A stretch of 64,000 bases of DNA, taken from positions 28,753 through 92,752 of IMG/VR virus record IMGVR_UViG_3300037504_000674. One strand, 5' to 3'. The notes under the pieces are model-generated. The model had not been told where the DNA came from, did no database searches, and saw nothing but the letters and a program-made list of their open reading frames with translations. This document shows, in pieces, positions 45,188-52,912 of this stretch. Both the position numbers and the translations under genes were made by a program. Source of the stretch: a virus. Every line of letters begins with the position of its first letter. Position 1 is the stretch's first letter.

Positions 45188-45781
45188 TTATGGTCTCACC
45201 ACTTGGCGGTACGGCTGTCGCCAATTGTCCGTGGTGTTTGGCGATATGAATTCTATCGCCCCTTGCCTTCGCTTTCTAGTAACACCTAGCCCAGAGCGCT
45301 TGATTACGTCATCTACGAACAGCCCCGGCTTAGTGATAGCGTGTGTGTATGATAGCGTGTGGACCTGGATGTCCGCTTCGTCTAACCTGACAACAAACCT
45401 GGATATCCGGTCGCATGTTAGCCTGAGCTCCCCCATGAACGGAGCACTTCGGTCGCCAATCCTCCTCTGCGTTACAGAGACAGGGTCCTTGAGTATTGCG
45501 AAGAATATAGGGTTTCTGAGAATGCGGTTAAGCCTTCTCAGGTGAGCATGAGCGCCGACATGCTTAAATCCCCACACGTCGTGGTCAGCGTTACGTCGCT
45601 GCACTAGCGCTTGCAATTCTTCGTCAGAACCCTTGAGAGCCCACCTTATTTCCTGGTCTTCCCAGGACATTCTGAGATAATCATCGCCAACCATCGGGAC
45701 GCCAAGTTGCTCAAATATACCTGTGAGCATCGTGGTGCCCGAATGTGCAAAACCACATACAACTACCGTTTTTTTGTCCAT
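45188..45781 (-). CDS. Sulfotransferase-family (P-loop) protein
   Basis: VVVCGFAHSGTTML (5'-PSB loop), LGV.M, WGFK, LKDP.SV; the longer listed ORF overlaps tRNA-fMet. Confidence 0.7.
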   Translation of the reverse strand: MDKKTVVVCGFAHSGTTMLTGIFEQLGVPMVGDDYLRMSWEDQEIRWALKGSDEELQALVQRRNADHDVWGFKHVGAHAHLRRLNRILRNPIFFAILKDPVSVTQRRIGDRSAPFMGELRLTCDRISRFVVRLDEADIQVHTLSYTHAITKPGLFVDDVIKRSGLGVTRKRRQGAIEFISPNTTDNWRQPYRQVVRP

Positions 45782-45783
45782 AG

Positions 45784-45855
45784 TTGCGGGAGCCGGATTT
45801 GAACCGGCGACCTTCGGGTTATGGGCCCGGCGAGCTACCACTGCTCCATCCCGCA
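45784..45855 (-). tRNA. Initiator-type tRNA-fMet(CAT), C33
   Basis: GGG/CCC anticodon stem, fMet-like body, loop CC CAT AA. Confidence 0.88.
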
Positions 45856-45856
45856 G

Positions 45857-45928
45857 CAAGTGTGACTGGACTCGAACCAGTATCGCCGGTGTTGGAGACC
45901 GGTGCTTTTCCAGTTAAGCTACACACTC
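45857..45928 (-). tRNA. tRNA-Trp(CCA)
   Basis: CCGGT-CT CCA AC-ACCGG. Confidence 0.88.
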
Positions 45929-45932
45929 CCAG

Positions 45933-46005
45933 TGGATGTGGCGGGATTTGAACCCGCGACCTCCTCCGTGCAAGAGAGGCGCGCTCCCATCTGCGCTACA
46001 CACCC
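45933..46005 (-). tRNA. tRNA-Ala(TGC)
   Basis: CCTCT-CT TGC AC-GGAGG; G3:U70. Confidence 0.92.
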
Positions 46006-46009
46006 AAGT

Positions 46010-46173
46010 TATCAGCAGAGAGCGAGGGGCAGGACTCGAACCTGCAACCGCAGCCTGTCAACTGCGTAGGCGCCCAGGAAATCCAAGTGACAGCTTGGAC
46101 GCCTGCGGATACACCTCTCGGCTCACATAGGAGCCTTAGCCTCGCTCTGTGGCAGCCCTCGCTCTCTACTGAC
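46010..46173 (-). ncRNA. tRNA-like structured ncRNA (T-arm, long closing stem, kissing loops; manA-like candidate)
   Basis: GCAGG-TTCGAGT-CCTGC; 18-bp terminal stem; complementary loops CTGTCA/TGACAG. Confidence 0.65.
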
Positions 46174-46179
46174 AATCAG

Positions 46180-46250
46180 GGCGGGTGAGGGGGATCGAAC
46201 CCCTATCATTGGCTTGGAAGGCCAAGGCCCTACCGTTGGACTACACCCGC
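46180..46250 (-). tRNA. tRNA-Gly(TCC)
   Basis: TTGGC-CT TCC AA-GCCAA. Confidence 0.88.
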
Positions 46251-46253
46251 ACA

Positions 46254-46324
46254 TACGGGCAGCCGGACTTGAACCGGCATCTTCAGCATGGCAAGCTGAC
46301 GTTCTACCGTTGAACTACGCCCGT
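46254..46324 (-). tRNA. tRNA-Gly(GCC)
   Basis: TCAGC-TT GCC AT-GCTGA. Confidence 0.88.
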
Positions 46325-46335
46325 TAAAACCGGTG

Positions 46336-46479
46336 TTAAGCCGATTCGCCATTGAGATAATGCACACGCTCGGCGGCCTCCTCCGGCGTATTCCAGTCGC
46401 TTTCTGGGAACCATTTCCCAGTTGGGTCATAAAACCCGACCGTCCATAGACCCGGCTCAGATCGAATATACACGTACAT
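46336..46479 (-). CDS. Small phage protein (47 aa, MYVYIRSEPGLWTVGFYDPTGKWFPESD...AAERVHYLNG)
   Basis: Read manually; AAGGAGG RBS; own promoter. Confidence 0.7.
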   Translation of the reverse strand: MYVYIRSEPGLWTVGFYDPTGKWFPESDWNTPEEAAERVHYLNGESA

Positions 46480-46515
46480 CTATTGCCTCCTTCGCCTCGT
46501 TTGGCATCCTAGTGT

Positions 46516-46543
46516 ATTATATCACGTTGTTGTTAACTATCAA
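46516..46543 (-). promoter_or_regulatory. Sigma70-type promoter TTGATA-N16-TATAAT (second half of the tRNA array)
   Basis: Near-consensus, extended TG. Confidence 0.65.
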
Positions 46544-46576
46544 CTGACATGCATCACGTCACAAGCGTGACATACG

Positions 46577-47059
46577 TCAAACCTCAAGATATACTTTCCA
46601 ACTCTTGGGTATTCTTCCTCTTGCCACCAGATAGTCAACCCTGGGTGTTTTTGGTTCCCACATGAGCTTCATACCGGCCTCATGTGGGGTGCGGTCTGCT
46701 TTACGCTGATTGCACTCGTAGCATGAGCAAATCGTGTTACCCCATGTGCTCTTGCCGCCGTGCGATACCGGGACCACATGGTCAATCGTTCGGCCCGGCC
46801 TACCGCAGTACCCGCATGTATAATCATCGCGCTTGATCACACCGCGACGTGTCCATCTCGCGTTTCGTCTGGGTACATTTACATAGTGTTTAAGCCGGAT
46901 AACCTCCGGCACATCAAAACAACCGGACACAGTTTTGAAGCTGCGTGCCAGATCGTCGGTTACACCATGCGCAACATTCTTCCAGAGCAGCGTGGCCGCT
47001 TTGCGGTCCGACACCACGCGCAACGGCTCGTAACTTGCATTAAGCAATAGAACTGACAT
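46577..47059 (-). CDS. HNH endonuclease (McrA-like, VLLLNASYEPL family)
   Basis: RD.YTC.YCG...TIDHVVP.S.GG...W.N...C..CN..K. Confidence 0.9.
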   Translation of the reverse strand: MSVLLLNASYEPLRVVSDRKAATLLWKNVAHGVTDDLARSFKTVSGCFDVPEVIRLKHYVNVPRRNARWTRRGVIKRDDYTCGYCGRPGRTIDHVVPVSHGGKSTWGNTICSCYECNQRKADRTPHEAGMKLMWEPKTPRVDYLVARGRIPKSWKVYLEV

Positions 47060-47071
47060 TTTTTCTCCTAG

Positions 47072-47145
47072 TGAGGGTGGCAGGATTTGAACCTGCGGTC
47101 CTTGGCTTAAAAGGCCACTGCTCTACCAGGCTGAGCTACACCCCC
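47072..47145 (-). tRNA. tRNA-Lys(TTT)
   Basis: TGGC-CT TTT AA-GCCA. Confidence 0.88.
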
Positions 47146-47150
47146 AAACA

Positions 47151-47231
47151 TGGCGATAGAGGGAGTCGAACCCTCATGCTTTCGCGGTGCATTTTAACTG
47201 CCCTGTGTATGCCTGCTTCCACCATATCGCC
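47151..47231 (-). tRNA. tRNA-Leu(TAA) copy 1 (imperfect anticodon stem)
   Basis: GGGCA-GT TAA AA-TGCAC, variable arm GC-GAAA-GC. Confidence 0.75.
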
Positions 47232-47235
47232 TTAG

Positions 47236-47317
47236 TCTCGCCGCAGGGAGTCGAACCCTGATAGTCACTAGGACACTGGTTTTAAACCAGCCGCGTAGCC
47301 ATTTCCGCCACGGCGAG
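47236..47317 (-). tRNA. tRNA-Leu(TAA) copy 2
   Basis: GCTGG-TT TAA AA-CCAGT, long variable arm. Confidence 0.8.
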
Positions 47318-47324
47318 GTGAATC

Positions 47325-48179
47325 TTAACTGCGCTCTTGGCAATGAACCCTTAAGTGTTTCTTTATTGCGTTGTCAGACACGCCAAGTTCTCTTCCCAAA
47401 GCAGAGTAGTTGCTTTCATCAAGTCTTTGTCTAAGTTCTTCGCAGGAGGGCCAATCTATCTTGAAGTTAGCCCGATGCTTTCCGGCGCATGGCTTGCACC
47501 TCGTCGCGTTACATGATATTTTTGCGCCGCAGTCCACACAATACTTCTGCTCTGATCCTCTTTTTATCTGCAAGCCATTTTTTGCCATCAGCTTGTATGC
47601 CCTGTTGTATGTTGCGCCTATGGAGAGACCTACCGAGAGCAACGCCTGCCTAATGCTATCTTCTTCCCTGAGCGCTCTCAACAATTCCTCATCACTAACT
47701 ACAGCATTTGACTTGTTCTTGCCACAATAAGTAGGTGTTTGGGAGTGGCAGTTTGGGCACAAGAATCTTAGGTTCGACAACCTATGATCTCTGCGTCTTC
47801 CATTCACATGATCTAGTTGAAGAACAAGCTCTTCCCCCATCCACTTCCCGTCATTTCCGCAAATATCGCACGCATATGGAATTAGCCCTTCTTTTATAAT
47901 AATTTCTTTGATAGTGTTGCGCGGCGTCTTCGAGCCTTTACAGAACTTTTCGTCTGGCGAGGCTCCTATTCTTTCATCAGAGTATGAGGTTTTCCCAAGC
48001 GCCCACCCCTGCCCAAGAAAGTGATCAGTCTGTATCCCCAAATTTTCTATTCTGTCCCTTACAAGAGCGTGACTCCCGCTGCCCTTTAGTCCAAGCTTCT
48101 TTCTTACAGAAGCATAAGACTCAGATGTTTTACATGCCTCTATCAATTGATCATCTGTCCAACTTCTTCTTCTGCTCAC
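47325..48179 (-). CDS. Free-standing HNH homing endonuclease with HTH/zinc-finger modules
   Basis: CDICG...LQLDHVNG...D.RLSNLRFLCPNCHSQT; CVDCG...CKPC; LGVSDNAIKK; GTG start at 48179 inferred. Confidence 0.85.
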   Translation of the reverse strand: MSRRRSWTDDQLIEACKTSESYASVRKKLGLKGSGSHALVRDRIENLGIQTDHFLGQGWALGKTSYSDERIGASPDEKFCKGSKTPRNTIKEIIIKEGLIPYACDICGNDGKWMGEELVLQLDHVNGRRRDHRLSNLRFLCPNCHSQTPTYCGKNKSNAVVSDEELLRALREEDSIRQALLSVGLSIGATYNRAYKLMAKNGLQIKRGSEQKYCVDCGAKISCNATRCKPCAGKHRANFKIDWPSCEELRQRLDESNYSALGRELGVSDNAIKKHLRVHCQERS

Positions 48180-48268
48180 TTTTCCCCCTATTAGGAAACT
48201 AAAGGGGCTATCTTGGTGAATAGGCACCAAGAAGGGCCGTCGCCTTTTCGCCCCGATTGACAACAGTG

Positions 48269-48722
48269 CTGGTGGTTTCCGCATTTCCTTCGACCACCGA
48301 CGCAGCGCATCATTTTCTTCTCTTAGGTATTTCCATTTCCCGTCATCTGGGCTTAGTGCGTAGGAATCCAATGCCCCCAGCTAGTTCTTTTGCGCGGAAG
48401 CCAGTCATTAGTGCGCTGGCGGCGCTCAAGCTCTGCACGCCATCGCTGCCACCCCGATCTCCGATAAACCTTGAGCAGCATGTCCGCGAAAACTGGGTAA
48501 GGGTCATCGGGCCAGCTATAGTATTGCGTTAAGTCTATACTGCGATACGCCTCAGACAGCTCATGCGTCCAGGGGTAGCACATAACCCGCCCAATCAACC
48601 TTTGGCGCAGCCGCTCGTCGGTAAGCCATAGCGGATTTACATCGTTGCTGCTAATCAGGTGCCCGCACTGGTGGTTTCCGCATTTCCTTCGACCACCAAC
48701 GCAGCGCATCATTTTCTTCTCT
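48269..48722. repeat. 55-bp direct repeat (48269-48323 and 48668-48722, 1 mismatch)
   Basis: CTGGTGGTTTCCGCATTTCCTTCGACCACC(G/A)ACGCAGCGCATCATTTTCTTCTCT. Confidence 0.9.
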
Positions 48723-48916
48723 ACGCCCTCGACGAATGGGCACAGCCAGCCATCATGCCATGAAACAGAGAGCGGGCCAAAATCACCCCACAATTTACGT
48801 GCCGACTCGCCAAGAGTGGGGTAGCAGTAGTATTCTTTTGGCTCCATCCACTTCACTTTGCGACCGTAGCGGTTCTTTATCCAAAGCCCTTTACGGGTCC
48901 GGCGCTCCATTTTCAC
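48353..48916 (-). CDS. Hypothetical protein
   Basis: GGAGG RBS right after tRNA-Arg. Confidence 0.5.
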   Translation of the reverse strand: MKMERRTRKGLWIKNRYGRKVKWMEPKEYYCYPTLGESARKLWGDFGPLSVSWHDGWLCPFVEGVEKKMMRCVGGRRKCGNHQCGHLISSNDVNPLWLTDERLRQRLIGRVMCYPWTHELSEAYRSIDLTQYYSWPDDPYPVFADMLLKVYRRSGWQRWRAELERRQRTNDWLPRKRTSWGHWIPTH

Positions 48917-48929
48917 TTTTGCCTCCAGG

Positions 48930-49002
48930 CTCCCCCGTCAGGACTCGAACCTGAATCACCCACTCCGCAGGCGGGCACTCTATCCAATTGAGCTACAGGG
49001 GA
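48930..49002 (-). tRNA. tRNA-Arg(GCG)
   Basis: CCCGC-CT GCG GA-GTGGG; Arg-type D loop GGATA. Confidence 0.85.
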
Positions 49003-49003
49003 A

Positions 49004-49075
49004 TGCGAGCAGGGAGAGTCGAACTCCCGTCTGCGGCTTGAGAGGCCGCTATCCTTCCCGCTAGACGATGCTCGC
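49004..49075 (-). tRNA. tRNA-Glu(CTC)
   Basis: GCGGC-CT CTC AA-GCCGC. Confidence 0.88.
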
Positions 49076-49078
49076 TAG

Positions 49079-49202
49079 TGGAGATGGCCGGAATCGAACC
49101 GGCGTCCGCAATGCGTACATGCTCCTCGCCGCAAGTTTGTTCTCCGCGCTTTTCTCTTGCTAGAAACATGCCTGTAGCACCACGTCTAATCCGATCATCC
49201 CC
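49079..49202 (-). ncRNA. ssrA: Miniature tmRNA-like RNA (124 nt)
   Basis: 5' GGGGATGATCGGATTAGAC; 3' GGACGCCGGTTCGATTCCGGCCATCTCCA; G3:U70; no D-stem; long helix 2; no pseudoknot ring. Confidence 0.8.
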
Positions 49203-49204
49203 AA

Positions 49205-49292
49205 TGCGGGCGGGGGGAGTCGAACCCCCACCAAGGTTCAACCTTGTACCTGGCGCCTAAGACCAGAGCATCTGCCATTCTGCCACGCCCGC
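49205..49292 (-). tRNA. tRNA-Leu(TAG)
   Basis: CTGGT-CT TAG GC-GCCAG, long variable arm. Confidence 0.88.
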
Positions 49293-49298
49293 TTGATC

Positions 49299-49326
49299 AT
49301 TATACTGCTTTTGCCGAACTTGTCAA
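49299..49326 (-). promoter_or_regulatory. Sigma70-type promoter TTGACA-N16-TATAAT heading the RNA island
   Basis: Perfect hexamers; predicted +1 coincides with the 5' G of tRNA-Leu. Confidence 0.75.
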
Positions 49327-49368
49327 AACCTTAAGGGGGAGGGTTTTGACGCCCTCCCCGCAGTGGCT

Positions 49369-49734
49369 CTACAGCTCTTCAATCATCGCCTGAATCTCTT
49401 CGGGCGACAACTCTTCAAGCTGCTGTTCTTGCTTGCGCTCTAGCACTTCTAGTAACTGCCGCTTCTTGGCGGCACGTGCAGCCTCGTTCTTGGCTTGCTG
49501 CCGCTCTTCCAGCTTGACACCGACAATGTGCTTGATGATGCCGATCTTCAACTGCAAGACATCATCCTGCTTACCCTCAGAAAGAAGGCTGTCTTGTTGC
49601 TGTTCCCTTGCGACTCGATTAAGGTTTTGGTAAATGCTGTCCAGAGCCTCACAGCTCAAGTCCCAAAGGTCCTCTGCGCACAGAGAACCGCGATACTGCC
49701 ACCGTAACTTCAAACGCAGCGCCTCTTCAAACAT
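49369..49734 (-). CDS. Conserved phage coiled-coil protein (MFE.A.RLKLR...EDLWDL)
   Basis: Recalled phage family usually adjacent to the upstream large gene. Confidence 0.7.
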   Translation of the reverse strand: MFEEALRLKLRWQYRGSLCAEDLWDLSCEALDSIYQNLNRVAREQQQDSLLSEGKQDDVLQLKIGIIKHIVGVKLEERQQAKNEAARAAKKRQLLEVLERKQEQQLEELSPEEIQAMIEEL

Positions 49735-49744
49735 TTTGTCCCCC

Positions 49745-51781
49745 TTAGTTGAAAACGACTTTGACAATACGATTACCGTTGATCCTCGCCACAATGTAAT
49801 TATCTCTTGTGGCGCTGAATCCTACGCCGGAAAGTTGCTCGTCATCATCCTCTACCCGCATCTTATTGCCAAGCGCTGCAAAAATGCGCTTGTGCTTCAT
49901 CAATTCTTCTGGAAGATACTCGTTGAAGAAGCCGCTTGGCCTTTCGTCGTTCTTGGTACCAGGAATCATGAATAAGTAGTGCCGGTGCCCAATGTGATTA
50001 TCACCCCAGTAGTTTGGCGAGTAACACACCAACGACACTCGATGGAACCGATTGGTATCCAGGCCCCAGACCTCGCGGCTGCTGTCCGATGTAGGCAGAG
50101 ACTTGATGAAGCGGATACCGCGCTGTCTATCGAACTCGATTTTGGCGACAAGCACCTGCCCCTTGTGCGGTATATCCTTGCGGTATTCAAACTCGAATAC
50201 CTGACCATTATACTCGATCTCCGCAGAAAAGCCAGATCGCCCACCCCGATGCTGATAGTTTTTGACAAACAGCTTATAAACACCGGGTTGCATGAGGCTA
50301 GGGTCAGACCAGGTGATATTTTCTACTGCCACCTGTCTAACCTTTGGGTGAATGATGTCTACGTCAAGAACACCAGAAGACGGATGTGTTTGTCGTTTGT
50401 TGGGAAAGTAGATGTGGTTTCCGTCGGGCTCGATGCAATGCGCGTCATAGTCATTACGGTTGTCAAATTCTTCATTCCATTGCAACGAGAACCTCAGAAC
50501 GCCCTTGACGTTCCCGCCAGCCGCCTTGACCCGGCGCTTCATATCCGAGTCCGCCATGTTACCAGAGTATGCCCAAGTAAATCCATTGCTCCACTTTGTC
50601 AGTGGCTTGCTATCGGTTGCTTGTGGAGCAATCAAAGAGACGAGGTTAGCTGCGTGCCGATTCTCAAGCAGAACCTCGATCTTGGCGGATTCCGGGATGA
50701 CATTGTCGATGAATTCCTGAGCACCTACCGCTGCGACATCACGGAACTTGCGCGGGTTGACAGTTTCTTCATCCCTTAAAACATCGAATACACCCCCGCT
50801 GCCCGCCATGTGCGGCATCGCATCTCGGTCGGCGAACAGCACGTCATTCACGGTAACGTCTCTGAGGTGAGCAAACCTACGCGGCAGAGCGCTCGTGACC
50901 CCCAGCCTCTCCGCATCCTCTTCGGCTTCGTCAACCATCTTGCGTGTATAGATGGCTTTAGGCCGCTTATAGTTATGCGGCGCGACGATGTTCTCGTAAC
51001 GACGCACGGATTCGATAACGTCCTTGCCATCTGAGATGTCAGCGAGCAGGACGCCGATAGAGTGATTGCGTAACCTAGTCAGCGCGCCGCCAGCCTCGGC
51101 GGCCTGCTTCCAACAGAAGTTTGTCTTCTGATTTTCTGGTAGTTCCGAGTATTCGTGTTGCAACACGCGGAACCTACTCAGGAGCCCGCGCCACTCCTCG
51201 CCCTTATACAGATTGCCCTCCTCAATGAGATCGAGGATAGTCTCGATCGCGTAGGGGTCAATCTCTTCTAGCGAGCGTTCAAAGACGTGCCGTGAGTCTC
51301 TGATGGTGGCCTGGAACTCGCTTGCGGTTTGGTGATCTGGGACCACCAAATGATCTGGCAGCTCGACATAGAAGTGGTGCCATGTATGAACATCGCCACT
51401 CTCAAGCATTTCCCGGTTTGCGTTAGTGCCAATCTTCGCCAGCTTAGAGGCAAAGGTGTTGGCCACCGGATTACTCTTGACGTACTCTGATAGGGCATCG
51501 ATGACTGGCTGGTAAACCTCGTCAGCCTCGAAGTCCCACACCGACACAAGTTCGTTATCAACGATGGCGACCACGTCGCCGAACTTCTTGATGAAGTGGC
51601 GGCAGCACGAACAATCAAATGCCCTGCGTTCGCGGTAGATGCCGTTGACGCCTTCCGGGAAGCTGTCTAGGTACAACTCCCAGAGCTGCTCGTGATCTAC
51701 ATCTGTCACGAACAACACAGACTCGGATGACATCGAATCGAAATGCTCTTGGAACAACGCCTTGAATTCTTTGAATTGCAT
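49745..51781 (-). CDS. Large conserved phage protein with CSCC motif and YfaP/DUF2135-like domain
   Basis: FDCSCCRHF; LRFSLQW...DYD.H..EP.G...LDVD...AVENITW. Confidence 0.75.
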   Translation of the reverse strand: MQFKEFKALFQEHFDSMSSESVLFVTDVDHEQLWELYLDSFPEGVNGIYRERRAFDCSCCRHFIKKFGDVVAIVDNELVSVWDFEADEVYQPVIDALSEYVKSNPVANTFASKLAKIGTNANREMLESGDVHTWHHFYVELPDHLVVPDHQTASEFQATIRDSRHVFERSLEEIDPYAIETILDLIEEGNLYKGEEWRGLLSRFRVLQHEYSELPENQKTNFCWKQAAEAGGALTRLRNHSIGVLLADISDGKDVIESVRRYENIVAPHNYKRPKAIYTRKMVDEAEEDAERLGVTSALPRRFAHLRDVTVNDVLFADRDAMPHMAGSGGVFDVLRDEETVNPRKFRDVAAVGAQEFIDNVIPESAKIEVLLENRHAANLVSLIAPQATDSKPLTKWSNGFTWAYSGNMADSDMKRRVKAAGGNVKGVLRFSLQWNEEFDNRNDYDAHCIEPDGNHIYFPNKRQTHPSSGVLDVDIIHPKVRQVAVENITWSDPSLMQPGVYKLFVKNYQHRGGRSGFSAEIEYNGQVFEFEYRKDIPHKGQVLVAKIEFDRQRGIRFIKSLPTSDSSREVWGLDTNRFHRVSLVCYSPNYWGDNHIGHRHYLFMIPGTKNDERPSGFFNEYLPEELMKHKRIFAALGNKMRVEDDDEQLSGVGFSATRDNYIVARINGNRIVKVVFN

Positions 51782-51818
51782 TGGTTTATCCTTTCGGCTA
51801 TAGAAAAGTTTCCAAATA

Positions 51819-52235
51819 TCACCGCATCTCAGCAAGGGCGTCATACATGGCCGTAACAAGCGTGGGCGCCCACCCGATCGCTAGTCTTTTAGTGTGCCCC
51901 CTCAGCACCCATCGCCCAAGCTCTGCGCTATATCTGAACCAGACATTGTGTCTGGTGAGCAACCGCTCCATCTCGTCTGCCACGAACCGATGCAGAAAAA
52001 CTTCCGCATCGTGGCAATAACTAAACTCCGTGGGTGTATACCACGGGCTTCCGCATAGCGCAAGGGCGTCGTCTATCAACATGTTGGAATACTCAATCGA
52101 TTTTCCATCGACGGCTTTAACGAACAGCGTGTGGTCGTAGTGTCTGAAGTAGCGAACAATGGCGTCAGCGTGTTTGTTGTCCAGGCGTCTCCTTTCCTCT
52201 TCTGTCATTTGATCTTTGTTCAGTTCGCTCAACAT
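51819..52235 (-). CDS. Hypothetical protein, paralog of 57085..57753
   Basis: Shared LF..A..GKS..Y.NML.DD..AL.GSP......F.YC. Confidence 0.7.
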   Translation of the reverse strand: MLSELNKDQMTEEERRRLDNKHADAIVRYFRHYDHTLFVKAVDGKSIEYSNMLIDDALALCGSPWYTPTEFSYCHDAEVFLHRFVADEMERLLTRHNVWFRYSAELGRWVLRGHTKRLAIGWAPTLVTAMYDALAEMR

Positions 52236-52238
52236 TTT

Positions 52239-52469
52239 TTATCCTCCAGTGGTGGTTAGTATCATGGCTTTGTTGACATCATCCTCTTCAGCAAGTGATA
52301 GAACTCGCCTAGCGCACTCCAAGTATTGTTGTTTGGTGACGCCTTGGGCGGACAAGATAATGTGAGAAGGAATGATGGATCGGTTAAGGGATAGAAACTC
52401 TGCTGCACCCCGCGCGCTTCTGCCACGCCGGGCAGTCGCCGCAGCCTGGCGCTGGCTTCGTGGGGTCAC
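52239..52469 (-). CDS. Hypothetical protein
   Basis: Fills the operon gap. Confidence 0.4.
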   Translation of the reverse strand: MTPRSQRQAAATARRGRSARGAAEFLSLNRSIIPSHIILSAQGVTKQQYLECARRVLSLAEEDDVNKAMILTTTGG

Positions 52470-52486
52470 GGGTCGTGCGCGTCGTT

Positions 52487-52879
52487 TTACTGCTCGTCAT
52501 CGGGTACCTCTAATTTAACCGTCTTCGGCGCAACGTGGTCGCGCCACTCCAACAGCGCCGTGCGATCGTCGTGCTCGCTAACATCTATGCGCTCTTGGAG
52601 AAGGTCGTCGCAGTACGCTTGCACCTCTGCGCGGATTCCGTCAATCTCGTCTGCGCCATGATACTGAATCACCACAGCGCCTAGATCGTGGAGATTGCGT
52701 AGCATAAAAGACGAACAGGAGGCATCAAGCGTAATCGCCGTATAATATCGACCGTGGCGTAATTTACCCCGCCATTCCTCGAACCCGTGAATTGGTCGCG
52801 GTGCGTTAAACACTATTGCGTCTTTTGGTACACCCTCAGGTCGTGGTGAGAATGTGTGGACAATCTCAAATTCTGGCAT
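52487..52879 (-). CDS. Hypothetical protein
   Basis: AGGAG RBS. Confidence 0.6.
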   Translation of the reverse strand: MPEFEIVHTFSPRPEGVPKDAIVFNAPRPIHGFEEWRGKLRHGRYYTAITLDASCSSFMLRNLHDLGAVVIQYHGADEIDGIRAEVQAYCDDLLQERIDVSEHDDRTALLEWRDHVAPKTVKLEVPDDEQ

Positions 52880-52912
52880 TGTTCTCTCCTAGTCTAGTTG
52901 AATACACTTCAA

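Noticed and set aside
43183-49260. Listed ORFs overlapping tRNA genes (e.g. 43487..43930 extension, 44771..44989, 48993..49241)
   Set aside because: They are translations of tRNA/tmRNA sequence
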